A stretch of 62,057 nt of DNA, filler included, from Stramenopiles sp. TOSAG23-3 (GCA_900128585.1; 24 parts of 24 records of this genome joined end to end with filler, not necessarily neighbours in it), one strand, 5' to 3'; counted from the first letter of the whole stretch, positions 35,786 to 47,237 are shown. Notes: a model not told the origin generated them from the letters alone. Made by a program: numbers and translations.

Positions 35786-36586
35786 TGCTTCTTGTTAGGA
35801 ACGGAAGAGGTTATCGAATAATTTCAAATCATATCCGATCCGGGTCATACATAAAGTACACCTGAGAATGATAGTCAAGTCTAAGTGACAAGGTTTTATA
35901 TTGATTAGTAAAATCACAGGATTCGCGGTACATGAGGATTCTTCAGTATTATAATATATTATTATTATCACGGCGTACGTACCTGGTATAATACCTGGTA
36001 TAGTACCTGGTACCTTGTCTATAAAGTATTAATGGGACTAAAGACTACGAGGAGAGAACGACTTTTAGTAATTATTTTTTTATTACTTTTTTTTTAGACA
36101 AATAACGCTGTGTGAGGAGTCGTCTTTCATCGTCACAGCATCAATCATTCTCTTTCTTCTTCTGATGCTGTTTCTCTTTTTTTTTCTTTTTGTTGCTTCA
36201 TTTTTTTTTACTTTCTTCTTCTTTTCCCCTTTTTTGTATTTACCTTCCTCCTGTACACCTGTGCCGGTATAATAATGTACGNNNNNNNNNNNNNNNNNNN
36301 NNNNNNNNNNNNNNNNNNNNNNNNNTTAATTAATTAANNNNNNNNNNNNNNNNNNNNNNNNNNNNNNNNNNNNNNNNNNNNGACGACTTACCTTGGTAAA
36401 TACCGTAATAGAAGCAGAAGAAGAATAATTATAATAATGGAAAACTGTGCAACTAATACTAATACGCAAGGTTGTCTGATTACGGGTACAAGTTGGACTT
36501 CTTGCAGAAGAGATTCAAAAGAGAGAAGTTCCTACGACTGTTAAAGAGCATTTCGCCTGGTTGGACCGCCCCCTTTCGTTGTTGCA

Positions 36587-38698
36587 ATGCGCATATTAGT
36601 AGTCGACGCGTTCAGTAAAACCAGCGCTGGCCGAAAGAAGGCCAGCCTGTTTAAGGCCGAGGTACAGAAAGTATTTGACAATCTTAAAATCCATGTGCAT
36701 TTGCAAATGAATCGCATGAACGATTTAGGGGATTTTATATACGAAGAAGACACGGCATTTAGCCACCCAATGGGGGTGACAAAATTTGATCGCTTGGACT
36801 TTATATTTATCGGGGGAAACCCAACCTTACTGCCGTGGGCAAAGTGCCTCCGTCAGGTCTTTATTTTAGTGAAAATGTGTTACTTAACCAACAAGTGCCT
36901 GTTCGCGTCCTCGTTCGCGTCCCACATGGTGGCGAACATATGCTGTACGGGTGGCGAGCATATTAATGTAATTAATGGTAAGAATGGGCGTGGTGGAGCA
37001 CTCAGTTCTATAGCGAACACCAAGTTTGATAAAGAATTCCACCGTTCAGATATGTTTTTCGATAATAAGTCTGGTGACTTGTACCACTTTAACCCAGAGA
37101 AGGCGCAATGGTTGCCCTTCTGCCATTCTGGCCTTCGCCAAAGGGCAAAGTATGCCACACACCTTCCTAGAAAGTACAGGCCGAAGGAACCCTTTGGAAA
37201 GCATGCGCAACCGTCGGTTGTACCGTCCCTTTTGCACGAAGTTAAATTAAGCATCAGAACGATGGAGATACAGCACTGGGCGTTCAAGGGGTTGAAGTTG
37301 AGAGAGTTTTTAGTGCCGCGACAGAACTTATTCGACATAGACGAAAAGGCCAGTGGGTCAGCTCGGCGTAAATACTTTATCCTGGCGGACAGCGATCAGA
37401 CCCTTGTTCCACAGATTATAGAAGCTGGAAACTTGTTTGCAACGCAGTTCTCTATCTCATCGACCTACCCAGAAACATGCCAGATTATGAACAACTACGT
37501 CCGGCAGAAGTATGATTTGATGAATACGTTTGAGTACTTGGACGTCAGCAGTGCATTTTTGTTGGTAGGAAGGCATGGGCACCAAGGAACCCATCCCCCG
37601 CCGCCTCCGGCTGGCACTGCTATTCCCACTGATTTGGGTGAAGATCATTACCGTGACCCTAGGATGACCATGAAAAAACCAACGACGCCGAATAGGATGG
37701 GCCAAAGCCCGCGACAAAAGCTGCTTGCATCGAGACAGCGGCGTGCAATCCCAACGCCCACCAGAAGCATCGTTTCATCTGGAATCCTAAACGACGTACC
37801 GCCCCCCACGCCCCCGCCGTTCCAGAAGCCCCTGGAAGAAGCGAGGAGTGTCGGCGTACTATCGTACCATTCTCGGCCAAAGTCTTCTCAAACAGCCCGG
37901 TCTGGAGCCACCGGCCGCACTGGAACTTCAAGGAGCAAGTCCCCTGTTAGTGCACTTGCAGATCCGCAAGCAAATAGGCCCCAAGCACCATTGGATAGAA
38001 TGGATAAAATTGCTATGACTTGCAATGCTTTGGTTTTTCAATCCCGAACTGTCAAGCCGGGGGAGGTCATTCCGGGGGAGGTTGCTGTTGGTACAAACGG
38101 CAATGGATCGCAAATGGAAGACTCCTTGGCATTGATAAAGGTGGAGCGAGTAGACTTGCGGGGTGGCATTCACTCGAAAACAATCAGTGTTAACGGAAGT
38201 GTAACCCCTGGAATGTCTGCATCTCACAAAAGTATTGGCAGCGAGGCGAAAGAGGGTGGAGAAGATGCATTTGAGAAAGACGACAGCGAACGAGTGCCGT
38301 CCCGCTTTTATGATAACCAAACTCTTGAGAAACAACGCCACCGAAACGTAGTTCGGGTCAAAGTGAAGAAGAAGAGGCCTTACAACACATGGAATAAGAC
38401 GTACAAACAGCTGAACGAGGGCAACGAGGCGTTTGGACAGCGTGAAGTGGGCACTGTTGCCGCCTCTGGGCCCTACATTTCAGATTATAAAGCCCAGCGT
38501 TTGGAATACCTAAGAGGGAAAATGAAGTGGGTAAGCCCCAAATCCTTCACGCGGCATTTCGGAAAAGCGAAAACCGCAATGGTGCCGTTGATGGGGAAAA
38601 TAGATCATGGAAAGTACAAAAAGCCTTCAAAAACATTTCGAGATCCAGACAACAGGGAAAAGTGGATGAATCCGTACAAGGGGTGGAGAAACAATTAA
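36587..38698 (+). CDS. Hypothetical protein with a degenerate class I glutamine-amidotransferase-like N-terminal domain and a disordered tail
   Basis: MRILVVDAF, LDFIFIGG, LFASSFASHM, NLFATQF pattern. The catalytic Cys and HPE motif are not evident. Confidence 0.65.
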   Translation: MRILVVDAFSKTSAGRKKASLFKAEVQKVFDNLKIHVHLQMNRMNDLGDFIYEEDTAFSHPMGVTKFDRLDFIFIGGNPTLLPWAKCLRQVFILVKMCYLTNKCLFASSFASHMVANICCTGGEHINVINGKNGRGGALSSIANTKFDKEFHRSDMFFDNKSGDLYHFNPEKAQWLPFCHSGLRQRAKYATHLPRKYRPKEPFGKHAQPSVVPSLLHEVKLSIRTMEIQHWAFKGLKLREFLVPRQNLFDIDEKASGSARRKYFILADSDQTLVPQIIEAGNLFATQFSISSTYPETCQIMNNYVRQKYDLMNTFEYLDVSSAFLLVGRHGHQGTHPPPPPAGTAIPTDLGEDHYRDPRMTMKKPTTPNRMGQSPRQKLLASRQRRAIPTPTRSIVSSGILNDVPPPTPPPFQKPLEEARSVGVLSYHSRPKSSQTARSGATGRTGTSRSKSPVSALADPQANRPQAPLDRMDKIAMTCNALVFQSRTVKPGEVIPGEVAVGTNGNGSQMEDSLALIKVERVDLRGGIHSKTISVNGSVTPGMSASHKSIGSEAKEGGEDAFEKDDSERVPSRFYDNQTLEKQRHRNVVRVKVKKKRPYNTWNKTYKQLNEGNEAFGQREVGTVAASGPYISDYKAQRLEYLRGKMKWVSPKSFTRHFGKAKTAMVPLMGKIDHGKYKKPSKTFRDPDNREKWMNPYKGWRNN

Positions 38699-38968
38699 AA
38701 CTAAATACGGTACCGTAGTATATTAAATACTATACTTGTATAAATTTTAGGTGCTATTTATATATTATGATTTATTTATTATGATTACGGTGATGTTCTT
38801 TCTTCTTTTATTTCTTCTTTTCTTCTCTTTAAATTGATTGCTTTTTTCCCTTGTTGTTCAGTATTAGTNNNNNNNNNNNNNNNNNNNNNNNNNNNNNNNN
38901 NNNNNNNNNNNNTTAATTAATTAANNNNNNNNNNNNNNNNNNNNNNNNNNNNNNNNNNNNNNNNNNNN

Positions 38969-39025
38969 CTACAATGTCGTCAGGCTCGTGAAAACCTTGC
39001 TTTAGAAGTGGAGAAGGGGACTTGA
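38969..39025 (+). CDS. Possible C-terminal gene fragment
   Basis: LQCRQARENLALEVEKGT* from the contig edge. Very short. Confidence 0.3.
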   Translation, partial: LQCRQARENLALEVEKGT

Positions 39026-39036
39026 AAGAAAAACCC

Positions 39037-39223
39037 AATTCAGTTTAATCTAAAAAACAAATTATATAAGATAGTATGTTTTAAGACTCTCATTTTAAAT
39101 CAAATACTACTTCAAATCCAACCCTAATCCTATATTGATGTTTTAATTTCTTAATTTCGTTTCGTCGTTGATCGTTGTCAATCATCATCACAGAGGAATT
39201 ATTTTATATATCTAAATGAACAA
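39037..39223 (+). repeat. Dispersed 3'-associated repeat, long copy
   Basis: 29-nt core TACTACTTCAAATCCAACCCTAATCCTAT (39105-39133) is identical to 45072-45100 and to the reverse complement of 61709-61737. Confidence 0.9.
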
Positions 39224-39245
39224 AATAGCCAGAACGTGGGAATGG

Positions 39246-39746
39246 TCATGAGTCTTGAATCAGACTTGGTCGTCCTTTAGTTGAGTTCCACACGCATATC
39301 AATGTTCTAAGGATAGCTTCGGCATTGAGCGTAACTTCGTATTTAGACGCTATATTCTCAGCAAGGACTGCCGAAAACGCGTAGCCAACACACGTATCAT
39401 TTGGGGGGTGGGGGGAACCTTGGCACACCGGATAAACTGAAGCTGAAGTAGTAGGCATTATACGTACCTGTTTTTTTAACTTTACTTTTGATTTTTGCAT
39501 TTCGTTTAAATGTTGTTCTAATTGAAAATTCTGTGGGAATGCTTCTGCTGGTTTCACTTCAAATTGTTGACGATCAATTGGACACACAAAGTATTGTTTC
39601 TGATTTGCTCTTAGAATTAAATTTACCAATGTATCATGGTTTAAGGTATGTCCACATGGTAATATTCTTGTCGGTGTTTTATATGGTTCCATTGATATTG
39701 GATCTTCTAGAACACCACAATCATCGCTTTCATTTTGTTCATTCAT
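39246..39746 (-). CDS. U-box/RING-like protein with a possibly truncated C-terminal domain
   Basis: LEDPISMEPYKTPTRILPCGHT...CPIDR...NFQL. Confidence 0.75.
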   Translation of the reverse strand: MNEQNESDDCGVLEDPISMEPYKTPTRILPCGHTLNHDTLVNLILRANQKQYFVCPIDRQQFEVKPAEAFPQNFQLEQHLNEMQKSKVKLKKQVRIMPTTSASVYPVCQGSPHPPNDTCVGYAFSAVLAENIASKYEVTLNAEAILRTLICVWNSTKGRPSLIQDS

Positions 39747-40413
39747 AGGTCAGATCAGGTCAGGTCAACCGGATACTACACTTTCCAGTTTGTCGTGAGC
39801 TGATGAAGGAAGTGCTGTTTCTTTTGGTGTAAGAATGGAAGGAGGAATTAGTTAGTCGTTCAGTTAGTTTGTGTATGTATTTGTATATTTTGTATATAGT
39901 GTTCGTCTAGAGTCTAGACTTTTGAAGTTAAGTTCTTCCTCGTATTCCTGATCGATGTACGAGTTAGTTTCGGATAGTAAGCATCGACAAGACGAAGAAG
40001 GGTAGAGTTTACAAGTACGGGTATTCCGATTTCATACTTCTTATTTTCCTTTTCTTTTCCATTGTATTCTTATGTTATTTTTTACGGGTATAGTAATAAA
40101 ATCCAAACAGTATTGCGCACTTTCTTCGACTGAAGTTATATTATTGTAGTCGGCGCTCTGTGCATGTACCCATCCATCAAGGCATCATGGACGAGAGAGA
40201 AATAATAATAATAATAATAATAAGCCACAATAATAAGTCTGGATTTTGGATGATTCGTTTTGTTTTGATGGGTCATATCCAAAGAAGCGAGCGTTTTCAA
40301 TTCAAAAGGATCAAAACATTCTATTATTCCAAGTATGCAAGGTCGATACAGTCGGTAGAAGATAGAATATCCATAGAATAATACAGCGTACATTGTTTGC
40401 CAGATAGTATCTA

Positions 40414-41451
40414 ATGAAGGGAACGCTCTTTCGAGTCATTCTGGGGGCCCTTGCCCTCGCCGTAAGTAACTGTTCTTCATGCCCGAAAGGATCGTACTGC
40501 CCGAACGCAACGTCAACAATCCCTTGTCCTGCGGGAAGATACGGAAACCGAACGGGCCAGGCATCGTCCAGCGCTTGTCATGGCTGCCCTGAAGGTAAGG
40601 TTGGACTGGTTCAAAAGTATGAACTTGTACAACTCCCGGGCAATTGCAGCCGCGACATAACCTCAGAGGCAGAATGCAACATAGCGGCGGCAAAGTTGGG
40701 GTTTGCCAATAAAATTGCTCTAGGAGGTAGTTTCAATGTTGCACCAAAAGGGTGCTTTGTTTATCAAGCTGCTATATTTTTTAATGCAATAAGTGGTGCA
40801 AGTTCTTGGTTGGCAGGTATAGTGAGACTGTGTGAAATTTACCCCGTTGTTGGAATGTCACAATGTTCGCTTTGCTCGAAAGGGTCGTACTGCCCGAATG
40901 CCACGTCATCTTTGCCCTGCCCTGCTGGAAAATACGGGAACCGAACAGGGCAGACGTCATCAAGCGCTTGTTTGGCATGCACTGTTGGCATGATTGCCGT
41001 GAGACAAGGTTCGTCGCATTGCTCTGTGTGTCCGGCAGGGGCTTTCTGCCCGAGTGTAACATCAATGACACTCTGCCCCGCAGGAAAGTACGGGAAAGTG
41101 TACGGTGCGGTGGCTTTGAATGACGGGTGTACAGACAATTGCACGGCAGGGAGGTACGGGTTTCCCGGGGCTTCGCAGTGCACAATGTGCCCCAGTGGAA
41201 AGTACCAGAACAGTAGTACTTCATGCAATGTGTGCCCTCAACAGTGTTTGCAAGAGAGCGACGGAACTTTTGGGACAACCCACGTTGTTCATGTTTCATC
41301 CCATTTTCGCAGTGCATTTGCTGCCGACATTGATGGGGACGGTGACATCGATTTGGCAAGTGCGTCTGCAACCGACAACAAAATCGCGTGGTACGAGAAT
41401 ACGGACGGAAAAGGAAATTTTGGACCTCAACAGATCGTTTCTACAAATGTG
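40414..41451 (+). CDS. Secreted or surface protein with GCC2/GCC3 (ephrin-receptor-like) Cys repeats and FG-GAP repeats (3' truncated)
   Basis: Signal peptide, CPKGSYCP...CPAGRYG repeats, AADIDGDGDIDLASAS...KIAWYEN. Confidence 0.9.
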
Positions 41452-41551
41452 NNNNNNNNNNNNNNNNNNNNNNNNNNNNNNNNNNNNNNNNNNNNTTAAT
41501 TAATTAANNNNNNNNNNNNNNNNNNNNNNNNNNNNNNNNNNNNNNNNNNNN

Positions 41552-43782
41552 TGCTTCTTTGCGTTGTGTGTACTTCGCGTCCTTTTTCTTGGGGCTCATT
41601 GATTTCGGGGAGGATGGGTACGTCGGTGACCTTGGAACTTGGGTGTAAATTTTGAGCGCTTCTTGTGAAGACGAGTGATGGGATGATCCTGTGTGGGACA
41701 ATAATTTAACCTTTTCGCCCTTCTCCAGGTTCCATGGTTTCGTCCCGCTGGGGACTTTTGGTAACGAAAGCAAGGAACCGGACCTGGAAAGTAATTTGCT
41801 TTCATCGGATCTTCCGGAATACGGCGACCATTCTGGAAACATTGGTGTTTTGGACCGTTTTGTTTTGGGACTGTGCCATTCAGAAATAGCAGGGTCGATT
41901 GTTAATGGCACACCAACTGTTTTCGAGTCCAAATGTGTGGCAGCACGATCTTTGCATTGCCTGAGGGCCGTTATTGCATGGCTTTTACCGACCCGAATAG
42001 CGTTATTGAGCAGGCTGCACGCATCCTCCTGCCCGAACAAAACTTCTTTATCAGTATAAATGGGAAGATCAAGGTCTTCCTCACCACCACGTTTCCTGGT
42101 ATCGCTATTTTGTAGTGCCCAAGCCTGGGCATGGGGATACTCGAGAATTCTGGCACATAAAAGATCCGTCAAACAGTCCACGTAAGATTTTATGGTCTCG
42201 TCGCTGCCTTCCTTGAAATGTTTCAGGGCAAAACAATCCATCAATTTTTTCTGTGCAGGTCCGCTATGAAAAACCTTCTGGAGTGCTGAAATATAACCCG
42301 TGAAATCTTGTTTTGCCCACTGAAAAGCCCTATCAAAACTGTGGAACACCACCTCAGGGATTTCCTCGACCGCCAATTCATACGATGACGCAGCTTTGTT
42401 TACAACTTTAAGCAAGCATTTGCCCATGCCATCGTCGTTATCGCTTTTGTTTTCGCTGAGAAAGTTTAGCAGCAAGTTTATACAAAGTTCAAAGCGTTCC
42501 TCCTTGTACTGGTAAGAGAAAATTATAGAGCTCGACACGCTCTTGGACAAGGCTCTCTTCGCCATGCCGCTCTCCCTGGGATTATACAAATTGTGTCGCC
42601 GGTACCAGTTCTTTCTTTTCCTGTCCGCCGCCTCCCTGGTCTTCTCGCGTTCTATTTTCTCTTCTAAAAGTTGTTTCGCTTTTCTTGCCGCGTGTTTTTT
42701 CCTACTCAGAAGGGCCTCTGCGGCTTCATCGGCAATAAACTGTGCGCGTTTGATGGATTTCAGGATGATATTTTTCCTATATTTTTCCTCGTACGATATG
42801 GAGTACGCCTTGCGAGCCGCTTCCGAATCAAAAGTTAGGTTTACTGCTTGAAAGTCCCATCCTTTCTCAAGTTTTCTTTTAATTTTTCTCCACGCGTCAA
42901 TAGCGCTGTTTACCTTGATCTGAGACCTCTTGATGCGCTTCTTTTGCTTCCACTGGCCTGCAGTACCGTTCATAATTTGTTGCCTATGTCGAGAACTGAA
43001 GGCTGCATACTCAGAGTACGTCATTTTCGTGCTACTTCCAAATGCCTCCAAAATGTTCTCCATGCAACCTTCGTTCAGGTCCCCTTGCAATTTCATGTAC
43101 CGAACGATTCGTTTTAAATGAGATAGCTCAATCGGCCTAGACACTTGTTTGTCGCTCATCATTTGCAGCCATTCCTTGTGCAGCTGGGACCCCAAGCCTA
43201 TGCAGCGGCGAGCCAGGCGGCCTCGAATCATGGCTTGCACTTTTGTGGCGGCCTTGGACTCTGCCTTTCGCCTGATCTCTGCCCTAACCGCCATGGCCCG
43301 GGCTTGGCGACCCCGGATCCTGGCTTGCACTTTAGTCGCGGCGCTGTTTTCTTCTTTTTGCTCTTTCAACTGTGATTGTTTTTTGCGTGCTTTTCTTCCT
43401 CTGAAAATGCTTTGCACGGAAGTCGCAGCGGAGTGTTCCTGGTTCGTCGGCACCAGCGGTATTTCGGTGGTCTCAGTTTTGTCAGCTCGTGTTTTCCCTT
43501 CGAAAAATCTTTGCTCATGAAAGCGTCTTCAAACGATGATGGCCGCAAAAGCAGACTCAAGGAGTCTACCTTGTGCACAAGGTCGGCGATTTCGGGCCCA
43601 AAATACAACGCTTTCAGCACCTCTTTTTTCGTCAACACTCCGTCGTGATCATTGTCCATGGCGTGGAAAATCTTTTCGATCACGTTGTTTTCTTCTGTAC
43701 GCACGCACCCTGCCGGAAGCATATGTTCTTTCGCATCTTCTCTGGCCCTTCGGCGCCGCCTGTTGAAAGATATGGGCTCCAT
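41552..43782 (-). CDS. EF-hand plus IQ-motif protein, frameshifted near 43510 (3' truncated)
   Basis: Frame 1: IFHAMDNDHDGVLTKKE...SSFEDAFMS. Frame 2: RFFEGK...VQSIFRGRKAR, VQARIRGRQAR, VQAMIRGRLAR. Confidence 0.75.
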
Positions 43783-44135
43783 AGTTCTCCGTATCCAAAC
43801 TAGGGGATGTTCACCTAGCTATGTTTCGTTTGCCCACACGGTCAGAAGGTGAGGTTTAGTTTCTTTTCAAAGTGGGATGGGGCATAAAGAAGACATAAAG
43901 AATTCTTATTGCGTATGTATATATAATAAATTAAATTTTAGTGTATAAATAATGATACAAAATAATTCAATTATTCGTTACACCGCCGCCAAAGAAAATA
44001 CAAAAATTTAATATAATAATAATAAAACAGGTACNNNNNNNNNNNNNNNNNNNNNNNNNNNNNNNNNNNNNNNNNNNNTTAATTAATTAANNNNNNNNNN
44101 NNNNNNNNNNNNNNNNNNNNNNNNNNNNNNNNNNG

Positions 44136-44360
44136 ATCAACTACAGTTGTGTTGGGCGGGTGCGCGAGTTGATCGCCGAAGGTGCAGACTTGAACTCCCC
44201 GTCTTGGGAAACGGTCCCATGGCAAGAAATCCCGGAATCGAGTTGGTTGCCTCTGGAGCACGCCCTTGATTTTGAGGATCGTGAAATCATCCAGATATTT
44301 GCCGAGGAAGTCCGCTCGAGTCTCGATCTCGAACTCGAACTCGAAGCCCTGGTATCATAG
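44136..44360 (+). CDS. Ankyrin-repeat-like C-terminal fragment
   Basis: VRELIAEGADLN...PLEHAL...EIIQIF. Confidence 0.6.
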   Translation: MNYSCVGRVRELIAEGADLNSPSWETVPWQEIPESSWLPLEHALDFEDREIIQIFAEEVRSSLDLELELEALVS

Positions 44361-45004
44361 AGGCGAAAAAACTAAAAAGCTATTTACACTTCTGGATACC
44401 GGTTTGGCCCATTTTGAAACTGCAAACACATGTTTTTTGTGTTTGAAACTTTGACGCTTGAGGAGGCACGATAGTATGTTACTCTAAGTTATCACAATTC
44501 TTTGGAGAGAGAACCATGCGTTGTTCTCAATTTTGAAACCCCGAGCAATCGCGGAGAAATTGAATTTTTCACCAATTATGCGTATCATATATAATTTTTA
44601 CTGATGATGCACTTTTGCCTTTTACTTGCACAGACATTTATGCATGAGATGCGATGGCCAAATTCCGGCATGTTAGACGATTGGTTACATTGTAGCCCCC
44701 TGAACCAATAACATTCTTTTCTCCACCGGTCGTTACTTGCGTCGACGATTTTGTCTGGGCCTTTCGTAGAATATAGTAAAAAGTATCTTACTTTTCACAA
44801 TCGGTGGAAAGTTGGTATAATATATCACACCTAAAACAAAAAAGGAATTTTCATCAGTCATTATTATGGTGATTTTTACGCTCTACCTACTACAGCTTAT
44901 TATAATACATTGAATTAGCACAGAAGAAGTATTTTTTTATTTCACAGAAAACGGTTTAGTTTATTTTCACTCTACGCATTTATATAGGTAAATATTACAA
45001 ATAC

Positions 45005-45137
45005 TAAAAAAAAAAATTATATATGATAGTATAGTATGTTTTATTAAGCCTCTCATTTTAAATCAAATTACTACTACTTCAAATCCAACCCTAATCCTAT
45101 CTCGATTTTTTAATTTGATTTTTAGTTTCGTTTCGTC
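45005..45137 (+). repeat. Dispersed 3'-associated repeat
   Basis: CTCTCATTTTAAATCAA, the 29-nt core, then CTCGATTTTTTAATTTGATTTTTAGTTTCGTT shared with the 61647 copy. Confidence 0.9.
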
Positions 45138-45196
45138 AAATACTAAAATATAATAATATCTCATATATGTATAGTTTTCCACCCCTCTCCACGATT

Positions 45197-45751
45197 TCAA
45201 AAATTGAAGAGCTCTCTCTCCCAGTTGCTTTGGTTCACATTAGGGTGGTTAATTTCCCACTCCTGACCAATCGTTCTCACGACGAAACCTCGATCAGCCA
45301 TTCGCTTCTGCATGCTGTGAAGGGGACGTTGTAGGTCCTTGTTCAGATCCATGACGTGTCTCACAGCGACCCGCGCGCATAGGCCATCATCGGTCCAGGT
45401 CGCCACTATGTAGATCTCTCTCATGCGATACCGAAAGTGAGGACGCCGGCGCTTTGGATCGGTGGCGACTAGCCTGGTCTCAGTTCCAGCTTGTCCGGTA
45501 GCCAAAGGGTTAGAGCGCGATTCAGACCCGGCAGATCTCGCCGACTCGACGGTTTGCCACTCGGGAACGCCCCTCCCACGAACGTTTATGAGAAAATCGT
45601 TTAGGTGCGTCATTAGCTCTGTATGTGGTTGCACAACTGCGTTTACCCCGTTGCCATGCTCACTCAATAGCGACTGTAATTCAACCGCATCATTTAAGAA
45701 GTTCGTCACTCGATACGAGAGCCAAGAATCATTCCCTTCGGCGAAATTCAT
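45197..45751 (-). CDS. Orphan protein (184 aa)
   Basis: ATG-to-TGA ORF coinciding with a GC-richer island. No motif recognised. Confidence 0.65.
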   Translation of the reverse strand: MNFAEGNDSWLSYRVTNFLNDAVELQSLLSEHGNGVNAVVQPHTELMTHLNDFLINVRGRGVPEWQTVESARSAGSESRSNPLATGQAGTETRLVATDPKRRRPHFRYRMREIYIVATWTDDGLCARVAVRHVMDLNKDLQRPLHSMQKRMADRGFVVRTIGQEWEINHPNVNQSNWERELFNF

Positions 45752-46133
45752 GGTTGCTGAATGATAGCAAATACAATCTAAAATGGACTTTGTTTTGCTG
45801 TTGATATGACGGTTTTATTGATTAAAAAACTGAAGGCTTTGTATATAATTCTAATACACTTTGAAATATTGTTTGTCGGGAGATTGATGCTATTGTGAAA
45901 GGAAGAAGAGAGTTTGGGAATAGTGTTAGTAATTGTAGCAAAGTGTTGTGGTGATGATTATAATATTGTACAATTTTGCTCTAATCTATCCTCCAGCTCT
46001 GCCACATCTATCTGGGAGGATCTTGGCAGGCAGGGCGGCGGGACGCGGGACGCGGGACGGAGATTCCAATCTAATTTTTTTTATATATAAGACTGACCAT
46101 TGTATTTCTATGTAGTATACATATAATGTTAAT

Positions 46134-46350
46134 CATTTCTTGCTTATAGTTCTTTTTTTGTATAAATACGATAAAAGTGTTGGCTATTGTATAGTGTTGG
46201 CTATTGTATTTCAATGTAACACAATAGCTCTTAGATGTGAAAATAGTGTGACTCCATTTCTTGCTTATAGTTTTTTTTTGTTATAAATACGGTAAAAGTG
46301 TTGGCTATTGTATTTCCATGTAACAATAGCTCTTAAATGTTCTTTTAGAT
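46134..46350. repeat. Tandem duplication, period about 121 bp
   Basis: CATTTCTTGCTTATAGTT...AAAAGTGTTGGCTATTGTAT...CAATAGCTCTTA at 46134 and 46255. Confidence 0.9.
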
Positions 46351-47237
46351 GTTCTTTTGTACATTCTCCATTCCGAAGAAGGTGCTCTTGTCTTTCCCAT
46401 TGTATTTTGATGTAAATTAACTGTTCGATAATGCAATCAAGCAAAGATCTTTAAATTAAACATCTAAAAAGAACATCGTAACCATGCAATTATTTTACTG
46501 TATCTGCCATACTTACTACTACCATCTATACAGCAGCAGTATATCATTATCTGCGGATGGAATTATGTGATGATGATTGTATCAAAGTTGTTGAATAGTA
46601 ATATTGATTGTCCNNNNNNNNNNNNNNNNNNNNNNNNNNNNNNNNNNNNNNNNNNNNTTAATTAATTAANNNNNNNNNNNNNNNNNNNNNNNNNNNNNNN
46701 NNNNNNNNNNNNNACAAAAAGGCATCGTTTTCCGGTAATGGGCCGTCGTCGTAGCCCTCTCCATCGTTCCCGAGCGGCTCCTTTTCTTGGTTATTTATTT
46801 CACGGTCTTGCAGAAGAAGAAAGAGGGAAAGAACGAAAGGACTAGTATCGCATATGAAGAAGAAGAATGAAGTATGAAATATTTTATACAGACAGTGGTG
46901 CCCAAAATAGAGATAATATACCGTACGTAGTAGAAGAGAAACCATTGTTGAATGTATGAGAGAGAAGAAGAAGAGAAAAATCAAATTTTTTTTTTGAGAT
47001 GAGAAGAAAAGAAGAGAGTCAGCAGTTTAGTTGTCCGTCGTCCACCACCCCATAATTGAAAAGATATTTTTTTGTTGAATGACAACTGAAACTACCGGTA
47101 CATATACTCACACGCCGTGTTCATTCGCGCGATTTGAATGTGTAGAAACGATCGTTCTCTTTCTTTCAACTTTTCGCCGTAACTTTTTCTTACCTTACAC
47201 TTGTATCTTTTGTTTTTTGGTTTCACCTATTTTTGGA

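Noticed and set aside
39120..39130. True telomere
   Set aside because: Only isolated CCCTAA/TTAGGG hexamers are present, with no tandem array.
46714..46810. Possible minus-strand exon (EINNQEKEPLGNDGEGYDDGPLPENDAFL)
   Set aside because: Too short and lacks a clear start or acceptor, so it is not supportable as a feature.
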